From assembly GCA_029261595.1 (NCBI GenBank), contig JAJDAZ010000044.1:31377-95376 (forward strand): DNA of 64,000 nucleotides, given 5' to 3'. This stretch comes from Nitrospinaceae bacterium. Its GTDB lineage: Bacteria; Nitrospinota; Nitrospinia; Nitrospinales; VA-1. The notes beneath the pieces are model-generated. The model did no database searches and was not told the origin of the DNA. It worked only from the letters and a program-made list of their open reading frames with translations. The position numbers were made by a program, and so were the translations under genes. Within the stretch, counting starts at the first letter, position 1. Every line of letters begins with the position of its first letter. This document shows positions 9,122-17,726 of the stretch, in pieces.

Positions 9122-10606
9122 TTACTCCAGAATAAAAGAAATTGGCAATTTGAACCTGATTGTTTTCATTTTGAGAGGCTCTGGAATTGGCGGGTAGGGG
9201 CTTGCTGATATTACTGCATCGAGAGCCGCTTTATCTAATAGTTTATAACGGGAGGGGTTGTTTATGGAAACCGCTATGAGATTTCCGTTATTTCCCAAAG
9301 TGAAGACGACCACCGGCTCACCCTCCAATCCCCGCCTGCGTGCTGTTCTCGGGTAATATTTCGTCTGGGCGATTTTACTTCGAACCTGGGTCAAAAATGT
9401 CTTTTTGATTTTCCCCATCTGCTCCGGAGAAATATCGTTGGTTCCCCCCGTAGAGTTGTTTTTCTTCGATAGAGAGGCGACATTGGTTTTGCCACTTCCA
9501 TCAACAGCCTCCTCAATGAATCCGTAGGGAATGGAAACCATTTGCGCCATGCTGGCAGTTCCGAAAGGAGCGGGTGAATAATCTTCTGCGGCTGCAAGAG
9601 CCGGATTTCCGGTGGTTGATATATCAGAATCCAATCCCTGCGGAGATCGCTTTTGAACTCCCCCCGACGGTCCGGAAACTGTTGTCAATGCAAGCCGTAC
9701 AGCGCTTGCGGGTGCGATGGACGCGCCCTGGTTGAGCGTTTTAAAATGTTGCGCCTGAATGACCGTATGGGCATGGGATATTCTGCCCCCGGCGGCGGAA
9801 TGGACTTTGGATGCCGCCGTGCGGGTAAATAAAATTTCCTCTGGCCTGTCGTCGGAAAATATTTTTGCCGAGGCAAAGGCGGCTTTTTTGAATTCACCTC
9901 GTGCATCTTGAAAAGTAACGGCAGGTGCTTTGGAAAATTCCATCAATGCCACTTCCTGGACATGCCTTCTTTGGGCGGTGGGTTGTGGCGATGCTATATC
10001 TGATGTCGGCATTGCCTGCCGGGTCGCAATCTTAGAGTTGGCCCGTTTCCTGTTTAAAAAAGATTTCTGTGGCTGGCGGGGCCGGATTCCGCTGGATGAA
10101 GCCATGATCGTTGTGTTTGGTTGCAGCGGGCGCGGCGTTGCCGGACGCACCGAAGGAGTTTTCATTTCTGCAGATTTTCGAACCCTCGCGGCTGAATCTT
10201 TGATTGTTGAATTCGGTTGCATCGCCTTCATTGGTTGAAAGGATTGTTGTGGAATCTGGATCGGTTCGGGAATGTTTCTTACAGCGGGAGAGGGCCTGAC
10301 CGCCTTGACGCTTTTCACCTCAGGAGTTTTTTCTCTCATTTCAAGGGAGAAGGGTTGCGGCTGCTTCGCGGGTTTTGAAACTTCCCTATTAATTTTTTGT
10401 TCCGGTTCAGGAAGCTTTTTCTGAACCCGCTTTTCGGGTTTTTCCACCACCGCTTTAATTTTGAAAATTCTTTCCTTGACGGGGTCGGGACCTGTTCCCC
10501 ATGAGGGAAATATTAAAATACCGGTCAAATGCACCACCATTGAAAAAGCGATAGTGTATTTTAAGATATTATTCTTGATATGTCTGAAAAACAATTTGGA
10601 ATTCAT
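9122..10606 (-). CDS. TonB-family energy transducer, unusually long (494 aa)
   Basis: N-terminal TM anchor (YTIAFSMVVHLTGILIF), Pro/Lys/Glu-rich spacer, and C-terminal YPRTARRRGLEGEPVVVFTL...AVISASPYPPIP...IRFKLPISF, which matches the TonB C-terminal domain. Confidence 0.75.
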   Translation of the reverse strand: MNSKLFFRHIKNNILKYTIAFSMVVHLTGILIFPSWGTGPDPVKERIFKIKAVVEKPEKRVQKKLPEPEQKINREVSKPAKQPQPFSLEMREKTPEVKSVKAVRPSPAVRNIPEPIQIPQQSFQPMKAMQPNSTIKDSAARVRKSAEMKTPSVRPATPRPLQPNTTIMASSSGIRPRQPQKSFLNRKRANSKIATRQAMPTSDIASPQPTAQRRHVQEVALMEFSKAPAVTFQDARGEFKKAAFASAKIFSDDRPEEILFTRTAASKVHSAAGGRISHAHTVIQAQHFKTLNQGASIAPASAVRLALTTVSGPSGGVQKRSPQGLDSDISTTGNPALAAAEDYSPAPFGTASMAQMVSIPYGFIEEAVDGSGKTNVASLSKKNNSTGGTNDISPEQMGKIKKTFLTQVRSKIAQTKYYPRTARRRGLEGEPVVVFTLGNNGNLIAVSINNPSRYKLLDKAALDAVISASPYPPIPEPLKMKTIRFKLPISFILE

Positions 10607-10649
10607 ATCAATAAAATAAAATTAGAATCCTGGATTCAAATGGAAGACA

Positions 10650-12161
10650 TCACCAGTTGCCATTGATAATCTCCTTTACCTTTTTCATGTCCACAGAGTC
10701 GGTCAGCAGTTTCGCCAACCGGTTTAAATTCTGGTCGCGAAACTCCCCGTAATGGAATGCGGCCTCTGGAACCGCGAGACCTCTTCGGGTCCGAATGTGG
10801 TTGAGAAGCGCGTTTCTCAATTCTTCATTGTCGAGAAACCCGTGCAGATAAGTGCCCGCAAGCGTCCCCTCCCGGTTTGTCAGACCGAGGTGAAGGGGAT
10901 GATCCGTATGGACCGCTCCAAATAACGGGACATATTCTGTCTTGAAATCCGTTTTTCCCATGTGGATTTCATAGCCCACGACAGGCAGTCCGGCCTGCAA
11001 CAATGGGCTGGATAACGTGGTTTGCCGGACCTGACGGGTCTTTTTCTCCGTCATCAGGGTGGTCTCAAAATCCAGCAGATTAAGCCCCGGCACTTCGTTT
11101 TTCCGGCTTTCCACATGGTCGGGGTCTTTTACTGTTTTTCCGAGAATTTGAAACCCCGCGCAGATCCCTAAAATAAAAGTGCCGGAGTGGAAGCGGTCCA
11201 CAATGGCGTCTGCCAGATTTTGGTCCTGAATGAACTGCAAATCGTCGAGGGTGTTTTTGCTTCCCGGTAAAATGATAAGGTCCGGATTTCCCAGTTGACC
11301 CGGATCGGATACATATCTCAAAGTCACCGAAGGGTCCGCCGCCAATGGCGATACATCGGTGAAGTTGGAGATTCTGGGATACCAGATAACTGCGGCATCC
11401 AGATGGCCCATTCCATTGTGCCGGGTAGGGCAGGCCTGGGCGGGAATCGCGTCTTCTTCATCGACGAACAGGTCGCGGCAGAAGGGAATGACACCGAGGA
11501 CCGGCTTATGAACCAGGTCTTCAAACTGGCGCAACCCCGGCGTCAACAGGTCCAGGTCGCCACGAAACTTGTTGACGATGAATCCCGCCACGCGGTCCTT
11601 TTCCTCTGGCTCCAAAAGATCGTAGGTTCCTTTCATCCAGGCAAACACGCCGCCCCGGTCGATGTCTCCCACAATAATGACAGGAGCTTTGGCCATTTTG
11701 GCCATTGGCATGTTGACCAGATCCCATTGCTTCAGGTTGATCTCGGCGGGACTGCCCGCGCCTTCTAAAACGATCAACTCGTATTCCCGGCTCAGATGAC
11801 CGAAGGCTTTTTGCACTGCTGTTTCATGTTTATTGTGGTTGGCGTAATAACTTTTGGCGTTGCGGTTTTCCGTTACTTTTCCCATGACGATGACCTGAGA
11901 CATATTGTCGCCGCTGGGTTTTAACAGGATCGGGTTCATATTGACGTGCGGTTTGATGCCGCAGGCTTCGGCCTGATAGGCCTGCGCCCGGCCCAGTTCG
12001 CCACCGTCTTCGGTGACAAAGGAATTGAGCGACATGTTCTGCGCCTTGAAGGGAGCGACCTTCAAGCCCTCAAGAAAAAACTGCCGACAGAACGCCGCCG
12101 TGATGATGCTTTTGCCGACACCGGACCCGGTGCCCTGAATCATCAATGTTTTTGCATTCAT
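10650..12161 (-). CDS. cobQ: cobyric acid synthase
   Basis: LMIQGTGSGVGKS, VAPFKAQNMSLNSFVT, GRAQAYQAEA, NPILLKPSGD and a C-terminal GATase region (GICAGFQILG). Confidence 0.92.
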   Translation of the reverse strand: MNAKTLMIQGTGSGVGKSIITAAFCRQFFLEGLKVAPFKAQNMSLNSFVTEDGGELGRAQAYQAEACGIKPHVNMNPILLKPSGDNMSQVIVMGKVTENRNAKSYYANHNKHETAVQKAFGHLSREYELIVLEGAGSPAEINLKQWDLVNMPMAKMAKAPVIIVGDIDRGGVFAWMKGTYDLLEPEEKDRVAGFIVNKFRGDLDLLTPGLRQFEDLVHKPVLGVIPFCRDLFVDEEDAIPAQACPTRHNGMGHLDAAVIWYPRISNFTDVSPLAADPSVTLRYVSDPGQLGNPDLIILPGSKNTLDDLQFIQDQNLADAIVDRFHSGTFILGICAGFQILGKTVKDPDHVESRKNEVPGLNLLDFETTLMTEKKTRQVRQTTLSSPLLQAGLPVVGYEIHMGKTDFKTEYVPLFGAVHTDHPLHLGLTNREGTLAGTYLHGFLDNEELRNALLNHIRTRRGLAVPEAAFHYGEFRDQNLNRLAKLLTDSVDMKKVKEIINGNW

Positions 12162-12164
12162 GGG

Positions 12165-13193
12165 TTATCCCTGCCGCTTTCGTCTGAGCAGCCAAACAAA
12201 AAATGGACCGCCGATCATGGCCGTGATGACCCCGACCGGTATTTCCGTGGGCGCGATCACGGTGCGCGCCACGGTGTCGCAGATGATTAAAAAACTCGCG
12301 CCGAACAGCATGGACGCGGGAATCAGAATTCTCTGGTCCGGGCCGATGAGCAAACGGACGATGTGCGGAACCACCAGCCCGACAAACCCAATGGGACCGC
12401 TGACCGCCACCACCGAGCCGGTGACGAGAGAGGCGCTGATCAGGCCGACTTTCTGGATTTTGGGCACGTCCACTCCGCGGCTCATCGCGGACTGCGAACT
12501 GGAGCTGATCAAGTTCAAATCCCTGGCGATGACCATCAGTATGACGCTTCCTATGATCACCGGCAAGCTGACCGAAAATACGGTCTGGTAATCGGTGATG
12601 TCCAGTCCGCCCATCAGCCATCTGACGATGCGAAAGGATTGGGTCACGTCTGAGAGGTAATGGATGAACATGACCAGCGCCGCGAAAAAGAAATTGACCG
12701 TGACCCCGGCCAATAGAACGATGGACGTGGGCATTTCTCCCTGCCGTGTTTTCACCAGACTGAACACCAACGTGACTGCCAGAATAGCTCCTAAAAATGC
12801 CGCGAAAGAAATGCTGGAAAACCCTAATACGGTGAAGGACAAGCCCAGACTGATGGCCAGGACCGCGCCAAATGCCGCGCCGCTTGCAACTCCCAATGTT
12901 ATCGGGGCGGCGAGATCGTTGCGTAAAATGGCCTGAAACACCGCGCCGGCCACAGACAGGGACGCGCCCGTTATGGCCGCAAGCAGGATTCTCGGCAACC
13001 GCGCCAGAAACAAAATGTGCGCGTCCACGTTATCAGCGAAATTGATTTCACTGGATAATGCCTTTGTGAGACTGATCCTGGTCGCGCCGATCAAAGGAGC
13101 GATGGCCAGCGTCGCCAGAAAAAATATCGTGAACCATGCCAGCGTCGAAAAATACCGTTTGCGATTCATCATGGGCAGGCTCAACGTATGCAT
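12165..13193 (-). CDS. corrinoid/iron-siderophore ABC transporter permease (FecCD/BtuC family)
   Basis: 342 aa with multiple hydrophobic spans. FecCD-type motifs LPRILLAAITGASLSVAGAVFQ and GPIGFVGLVVPHIVRLL. Confidence 0.85.
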   Translation of the reverse strand: MHTLSLPMMNRKRYFSTLAWFTIFFLATLAIAPLIGATRISLTKALSSEINFADNVDAHILFLARLPRILLAAITGASLSVAGAVFQAILRNDLAAPITLGVASGAAFGAVLAISLGLSFTVLGFSSISFAAFLGAILAVTLVFSLVKTRQGEMPTSIVLLAGVTVNFFFAALVMFIHYLSDVTQSFRIVRWLMGGLDITDYQTVFSVSLPVIIGSVILMVIARDLNLISSSSQSAMSRGVDVPKIQKVGLISASLVTGSVVAVSGPIGFVGLVVPHIVRLLIGPDQRILIPASMLFGASFLIICDTVARTVIAPTEIPVGVITAMIGGPFFVWLLRRKRQG

Positions 13194-13975
13194 GACGCCT
13201 CCGGCGAAATCATGATGCTTCCGTCATCCGGGTCGCGAATCACTTTCAACTGCACCCCATAAACGCTTTCAAGGATATCTTTTTGCAGAACCTCCTCAGG
13301 CGTTCCGTCCTTGACGATGTTTCCGTTGTCGATGAGAATCAAACGACGGCAATATTTGGAGGCGAGATGCAGGTCGTGCATGGCCAGTAACAACGTCATG
13401 CCGTCATTGCGATTGAGCCGGTGCAAAATATTTATGATTTCCAACTGATACTTGATGTCCAGCGCAGTGGTGGGCTCGTCCAGCAGCATCACCTCAGGTT
13501 CCTGGGTGATGGCGCAGGCCACCATCACACGTTGTTTTTCGCCGCCGCTGATATCGCTGAATTGCCGTTCGGATAAATGCGTGGTTTCCGTGGTTCGCAT
13601 CGCCTGGTCCGCGATATCAAAATCCTTTTGGCCTTCAAACGTCATGGGCGAGAGATAGGGGTGGCGGCCCATCAGGACGATTTCCGCGACCCGGAAGGAA
13701 AATGCCATCGCATGCTCCTGGGGGAGCCAGGCGATCGATTGCGCCAGAATCTTTCTTTTATAATCATTCAGCCCTTTATCCCTGAACATAACGCTGCCAG
13801 AGTCCGGTTTTAGAATGCCCCCAAGCAGTTTCAATAAAGTGGACTTGCCCGATCCATTGGGACCCAGGACGCCGATGAATTCTCCCGTTTCGACCTCAAG
13901 GGAAACGGCTTTTACGACCGGGTCCCGGTGGTAGGCGAACGATACGTCTTGTAATTGCAGGATAGGGTTTGTCAT
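13181..13975 (-). CDS. ABC transporter ATP-binding protein (BtuD/FecE-like)
   Basis: The internal ATG at 13975 (MTNPILQLQDVSFAY) forms an ATGA overlap with the binding-protein gene. Walker A GPNGSGKST, signature ISGGEKQRV, Walker B MLLDEPT. The track's N-terminal His/Arg-rich extension is probably not translated. Confidence 0.85.
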   Translation of the reverse strand: MTNPILQLQDVSFAYHRDPVVKAVSLEVETGEFIGVLGPNGSGKSTLLKLLGGILKPDSGSVMFRDKGLNDYKRKILAQSIAWLPQEHAMAFSFRVAEIVLMGRHPYLSPMTFEGQKDFDIADQAMRTTETTHLSERQFSDISGGEKQRVMVACAITQEPEVMLLDEPTTALDIKYQLEIINILHRLNRNDGMTLLLAMHDLHLASKYCRRLILIDNGNIVKDGTPEEVLQKDILESVYGVQLKVIRDPDDGSIMISPEASCIR

Positions 13976-14967
13976 TGTGCCACTTTTTCGGCCACGGGGA
14001 CGTTGCCGGATGCTATTTCCGGATGAATGGCTTTCACGAAATGCTCGATGATGTTGACCAGCCTGGGTCCTGGAATGAGAATGTAATCCGCGCCAATGAT
14101 GTGAATGTCCTGATTTTTTACCGCGCGAATGGTGGAAAATTTCTGCCACCCCTGCCGCCTTTTCTTCGAAGATTCCTCGGTGAGTATATCCTTCCTGCCG
14201 ATTTCGATGATGATCTGGGGAGATTCATGAATGATGAACTCCTTGGAAACCTTCGGATATTGCGCCTGGGATTCTCCCAGAATATTATTTCCCCCCGCCA
14301 GCGCCAGCATTTCCCCCAGAAATGTTTTTGGGCCGACCCCGTACAATTCGCGCATGGAGTCGTTGCTGATTCCCAATATCAGCAGGACGGATTTTTGCGA
14401 AATACCGGCCAGCCGTTTGCGGTGATGGTCAATCGTTTCTCTCATGGACCGGATCAACCGGTCGGCCCCCTCTTCATGATGGGTGGCTATGCCGATTTCT
14501 TTGATCGTGCTGAAAATCTGATCGAGAGACAGCATGGCGATCGGCAGGTTGCGGATCCCCAGTTTATCGACAAACCCCTGGACCTTGCTTTTGTTGGGCT
14601 GATGGATGATGAGGTCAGGCTTTAAGGTGATGATCGTTTCATAGCTGGGGTTCAACAGGCCACCCACCTTCGAAAGGGTTTTGGCTTTTTCAGGATAATT
14701 GCAAAAATCGGTAACGCCGACGACCCGGTCACCTGCACCAATGGCGAATAATATTTCGGTGACTCCTGGCGACAGGGAAATGATCCTTTGTGAGGATGAA
14801 TCGTTTGCAGGGCCAGCCCACGCCTGTTGGGAGATTGCCGGTAGAAGAGTCAGGAAAAAAATGAACAGGGATTGCAAATATACACGGCGAAAGCCTTCAG
14901 AGCGAACCTTCTGCGGTAGAAACCGGGAGGTTTCATTTTGAAAGGTAAATAGATTTGAGTTGTTCAC
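13972..14967 (-). CDS. periplasmic corrinoid/siderophore-binding protein (BtuF-like, class III PBP)
   Basis: RIISLSPGVTEILFAIGAGDRVVGVTDFCNYP is typical of Peripla_BP_2. The track's TTG start (15000) lies inside the U-tract of the leader terminator. An in-frame GTG at 14967 follows GAGG-N6. The start is still uncertain. Confidence 0.75.
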   Translation of the reverse strand: MNNSNLFTFQNETSRFLPQKVRSEGFRRVYLQSLFIFFLTLLPAISQQAWAGPANDSSSQRIISLSPGVTEILFAIGAGDRVVGVTDFCNYPEKAKTLSKVGGLLNPSYETIITLKPDLIIHQPNKSKVQGFVDKLGIRNLPIAMLSLDQIFSTIKEIGIATHHEEGADRLIRSMRETIDHHRKRLAGISQKSVLLILGISNDSMRELYGVGPKTFLGEMLALAGGNNILGESQAQYPKVSKEFIIHESPQIIIEIGRKDILTEESSKKRRQGWQKFSTIRAVKNQDIHIIGADYILIPGPRLVNIIEHFVKAIHPEIASGNVPVAEKVAQ

Positions 14968-14998
14968 CGGAAAACCTCGTTCCAGTGAGAAGGGGGGC

Positions 14999-15024
14999 AA
15001 AAAAAACCATTCCGTGAGGAATGG
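14999..15024 (-). terminator. riboswitch-associated intrinsic terminator
   Basis: On the minus strand, CCATTCC-TCAC-GGAATGG is followed by T8 and sits downstream of the cobalamin aptamer. Confidence 0.6.
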
Positions 15025-15077
15025 GATAAAGATATTTACCTTTTACCCCTCAATCCACGAAGAGTTTAAAAAGGCCA

Positions 15078-15220
15078 TTCGAAAAGGTGTTCTGGCTTCC
15101 GGATCGATCTACACCCTGTCCCTTCCCACTTGAAAAACAAGCAGTGGTTATGACAGGGGTCGTCCCCGGTTACAGCGGCGGGTCCGCAACGGTCTTGCAC
15201 CGTTTTCCCTCACATCGAAC
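15078..15220 (-). promoter_or_regulatory. cobalamin (B12) riboswitch aptamer, leader of the btuF operon
   Basis: The minus strand reads GAGGGAAAACGGTGCAAGACCGTTGCGGACCCGCCGCTGTAACCGGGGACGA...AACCACTGC...GTGGGAAGGGACAGG...CCGGAAGCCAGAACACC. This contains the conserved GGTG-AA-CC core, GCCGCTGTAACC and a B12-box-like CCACTG. Confidence 0.88.
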
Positions 15221-15487
15221 GTCCTAAAGATTTCAATTGATCTTAGCAGAAACCGGAGCCCTGTCAATTGATTACTTTGGCTTTAGGAATGGGGAGTTCG
15301 CGGGGGAAATGGCGAGAGTGGAATTCTGGGAAATCAACTGCCTGATGCAGGGAAATCCACAAAATGATCCCCCAAAAATAACAGTCCTGAATATATTTTT
15401 ATTCCAAAACCGTTTTATAATGCGAACGGTTGGATCTGGCCTCAACATTCCAACTATGGACTAAATTTCCTTTTCCGGAGTTATGAA

Positions 15488-17062
15488 ATGGACGCAATCC
15501 AAAATGCCCCAGAAGCGGTGCTGACCGGAACCTATCACTGGGGGTTGGTGATTCTCTCCTACATTGTGGCTGTTTTTGCTTCGTTAACAGCTACTTATCT
15601 GGTGGGATGTATAAAAGGATGTAACCAGTGCAATAAAAAATATTGGATCCTCAGCCTGGCTTTCACCATGGGTGGGGGAATTTGGTCGATGCATTTCATC
15701 GGCATGTTGGCCTTTAAGCTTCCTCTTCCTGTCAGCTATGACCTGCCGATAACGGTCTTATCCTTATTCATTTCCATCATCGGCGCAGGCTGTGCCATTT
15801 TCGCCATTCACGGAAAAGAGTTCAATAAAGAAAGGATTTATTTTGGTTCTCTGGTTTTAGGAATTGGAATTTCTTCAATGCATTACACAGGCATGCAGGC
15901 AATGATTGTTCCTGCAACAATGTATTTTAAATTTGGATGGGTGGGATTATCGATCATCATTGCTATGACTGCCTCATGGGCCGCTTTAGCCGTGATCACT
16001 CGTTTTGGAAACCAACCAGAGACAAAGGGTTTCCCGCTTAAATTTGCCGGTTCGTCGTTATTGGGTCTGGGCATAACCGGGATGCACTACACGGGCATGA
16101 CGGCCATTCATTTTGTCCCTAATCCAATTTTGGATTCACCATTGTCAATACAAGTGAATCAGGGGTTTCTCGCGGTGAGCGTGTCGATAATTACCCTTGC
16201 CATTTTGGGAATAGGGATTTCAGCGGCCATTGCACAGGCAAAAATAAGAACCCTGGAGAGTATGAATTCTGTGCTGGAACAAAAAGTTTCTGATCGAACC
16301 AGGGAATTGAATGAAAAAAACAGGGAGTTGGATCAGGCTCTTTCCCAGGCCATTGAGTACGCCTCGCTGGTGCAAAAAGGGTTTTTGCCGGTTGAAGCGC
16401 CTAAATTTTCCGGTTTTGCCTTGTCAGCCAAGACCACGCCTGCCCGGATGGTAGGCGGCGACTTTTATGATTTTATTCCTTTAGGTAATAATCGTTTGGG
16501 AATTCTTCTGGGAGATGTTTCAGGTAAGGGAGTCAAAGCCGCTTTATATATGGCAAAACTTGTCAGTGAGTTTCGTTACCTTTCACAAAATTGTCATGAA
16601 CCAGATATGATTATGAATGAAATGAACCAACGTCTTTACGAGAGGTCTGAAAACGGAACTTTTGCTACAGCTATATTCGGCCTGCTGGATATGAAAAAAA
16701 ATACCCTGTGCATCAGCAATGCGGGCCACCCTGGATTGCTGGTTAAAGAAGAGGATAATATTATTTATGAAAAAGCCAAGGCTCACGGCCCTCCCTTGGG
16801 AATCCTTCCCGATTTCAAGTTTTCCAAGGAAGAAATTCCGCTGAAATCCGGGCAATTGATTTTTGCTTACACGGATGGAGTGACGGAGCCGCAAAATTCC
16901 CGCAAAGATCAATTTGGCAAAAAGGGACTCCAGCATTTTCTATCCCAAAGCGAAGACGAACCGGGCAAGCTGATCAACCAGCTGGAGCGAACCATCAATG
17001 AATTTGTCAGCACGATTGAATCGCATGATGATTTGACCTGCCTGGCCCTGAAGGTTTCCTGA
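15488..17062 (+). CDS. MHYT-domain membrane sensor fused to a SpoIIE/PP2C-type serine phosphatase
   Basis: Seven hydrophobic spans carry three MHYT-type motifs (SMHFIGMLAF, SMHYTGMQAM, GMHYTGMTAI). A coiled-coil linker follows, then SpoIIE-like ARMVGGDFYDF...LLGDVSGKGVKAALYMA...YTDGVTE. Confidence 0.85.
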   Translation: MDAIQNAPEAVLTGTYHWGLVILSYIVAVFASLTATYLVGCIKGCNQCNKKYWILSLAFTMGGGIWSMHFIGMLAFKLPLPVSYDLPITVLSLFISIIGAGCAIFAIHGKEFNKERIYFGSLVLGIGISSMHYTGMQAMIVPATMYFKFGWVGLSIIIAMTASWAALAVITRFGNQPETKGFPLKFAGSSLLGLGITGMHYTGMTAIHFVPNPILDSPLSIQVNQGFLAVSVSIITLAILGIGISAAIAQAKIRTLESMNSVLEQKVSDRTRELNEKNRELDQALSQAIEYASLVQKGFLPVEAPKFSGFALSAKTTPARMVGGDFYDFIPLGNNRLGILLGDVSGKGVKAALYMAKLVSEFRYLSQNCHEPDMIMNEMNQRLYERSENGTFATAIFGLLDMKKNTLCISNAGHPGLLVKEEDNIIYEKAKAHGPPLGILPDFKFSKEEIPLKSGQLIFAYTDGVTEPQNSRKDQFGKKGLQHFLSQSEDEPGKLINQLERTINEFVSTIESHDDLTCLALKVS

Positions 17063-17310
17063 GGCGCCGTTTTCAAACGGAAGGTTGAAAAAACTTTCTG
17101 TTTTCGTGCCAGAAATTTTCTTCCCAAAGGTCCGGTTAAATGGTGGTTCTGCCGCCTGTCCGTTCGCGTTTCCCAGCCACTATGTTCTGTTTCAGGCGAG
17201 ATGCCCTGGGTGAGTTTGGCGATAAGCCATTTTTGCAAGGAGGAATTCGGCTTTTTAATTGACAAAATTCAATTTTCTGATATTTGTAAGTCCACACATT
17301 AATATTTGAT

Positions 17311-17455
17311 TTGCTTGGAAAAGGGAAGACGGTGCGAATCCGTCGCGGGCCCGCCGCTGTAACCGGGAACGAAACCCTCTGATGCCACTGTTCGAGATGG
17401 AACGGGAAGGCGGGGGAGTAGGTTGTTCCGGAAGCCAGAAGACCTTACCAGGCAA
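17311..17455 (+). promoter_or_regulatory. cobalamin riboswitch aptamer, leader of cobS operon
   Basis: P1 pairs TTGCTTGG with CCAGGCAA. Core GGGAAGACGGTGCGAATCCGTCGCGGGCCCGCCGCTGTAACCGGGAACGA, B12 box GCCACTG, then GGGAAGGCGG and CCGGAAGCCAGAAGACC. Confidence 0.9.
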
Positions 17456-17726
17456 ATAATTTTCAAACTCTTCGTGGAATGAGAGGTTGAGGGTATTTTT
17501 ATATCCCTTTCCTTTTTAGGCTGGGGATTTTTTTATGCCCAACTTCTCACCGGAAGCAAGGTTTTCTGGTGAAAGATTTGTTATTCATATCATCCCCGGT
17601 GATTAATCGCCCCTGCAATGGCCGGGATATTTCTTCATCTCCCTTTATTGATAAAATTTTTTCTCCCCGGCTTGCCTTCCATCCGAAAACTTTCTCCTGT
17701 TCATTGGTGACTCCCAGGGAGAATAA

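Noticed and set aside
11946-12936. Cluster of 90-183-aa ORFs on both strands (12070-12621 minus, 12160-12591 plus, 12363-12653 plus, 12664-12936 plus, 11946-12290 plus)
   Set aside because: They overlap the well-supported cobQ and btuC genes in a GC-rich stretch. The products are Arg/His/Gly-rich nonsense typical of off-frame translation.
15237-15464. 75-aa TTG-start ORF between riboswitch 1 and the MHYT gene
   Set aside because: It lies in the divergent promoter region, with no RBS and no motif. It is likely non-coding.
16909-17455. Minus-strand ORFs 16909-17265 and 17255-17455
   Set aside because: The second lies antisense across the cobalamin riboswitch aptamer, and the first overlaps the 3' end of the MHYT-SpoIIE gene. 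Neither has coding features.
17535-17606. 23-codon ORF (MPNFSPEARFSGERFVIHIIPGD) in the long spacer between riboswitch 2 and cobS, considered as a leader peptide
   Set aside because: No RBS and no obvious regulatory codon pattern, and it cannot be distinguished from chance. It is mentioned only because the ~270-nt spacer is unexplained.
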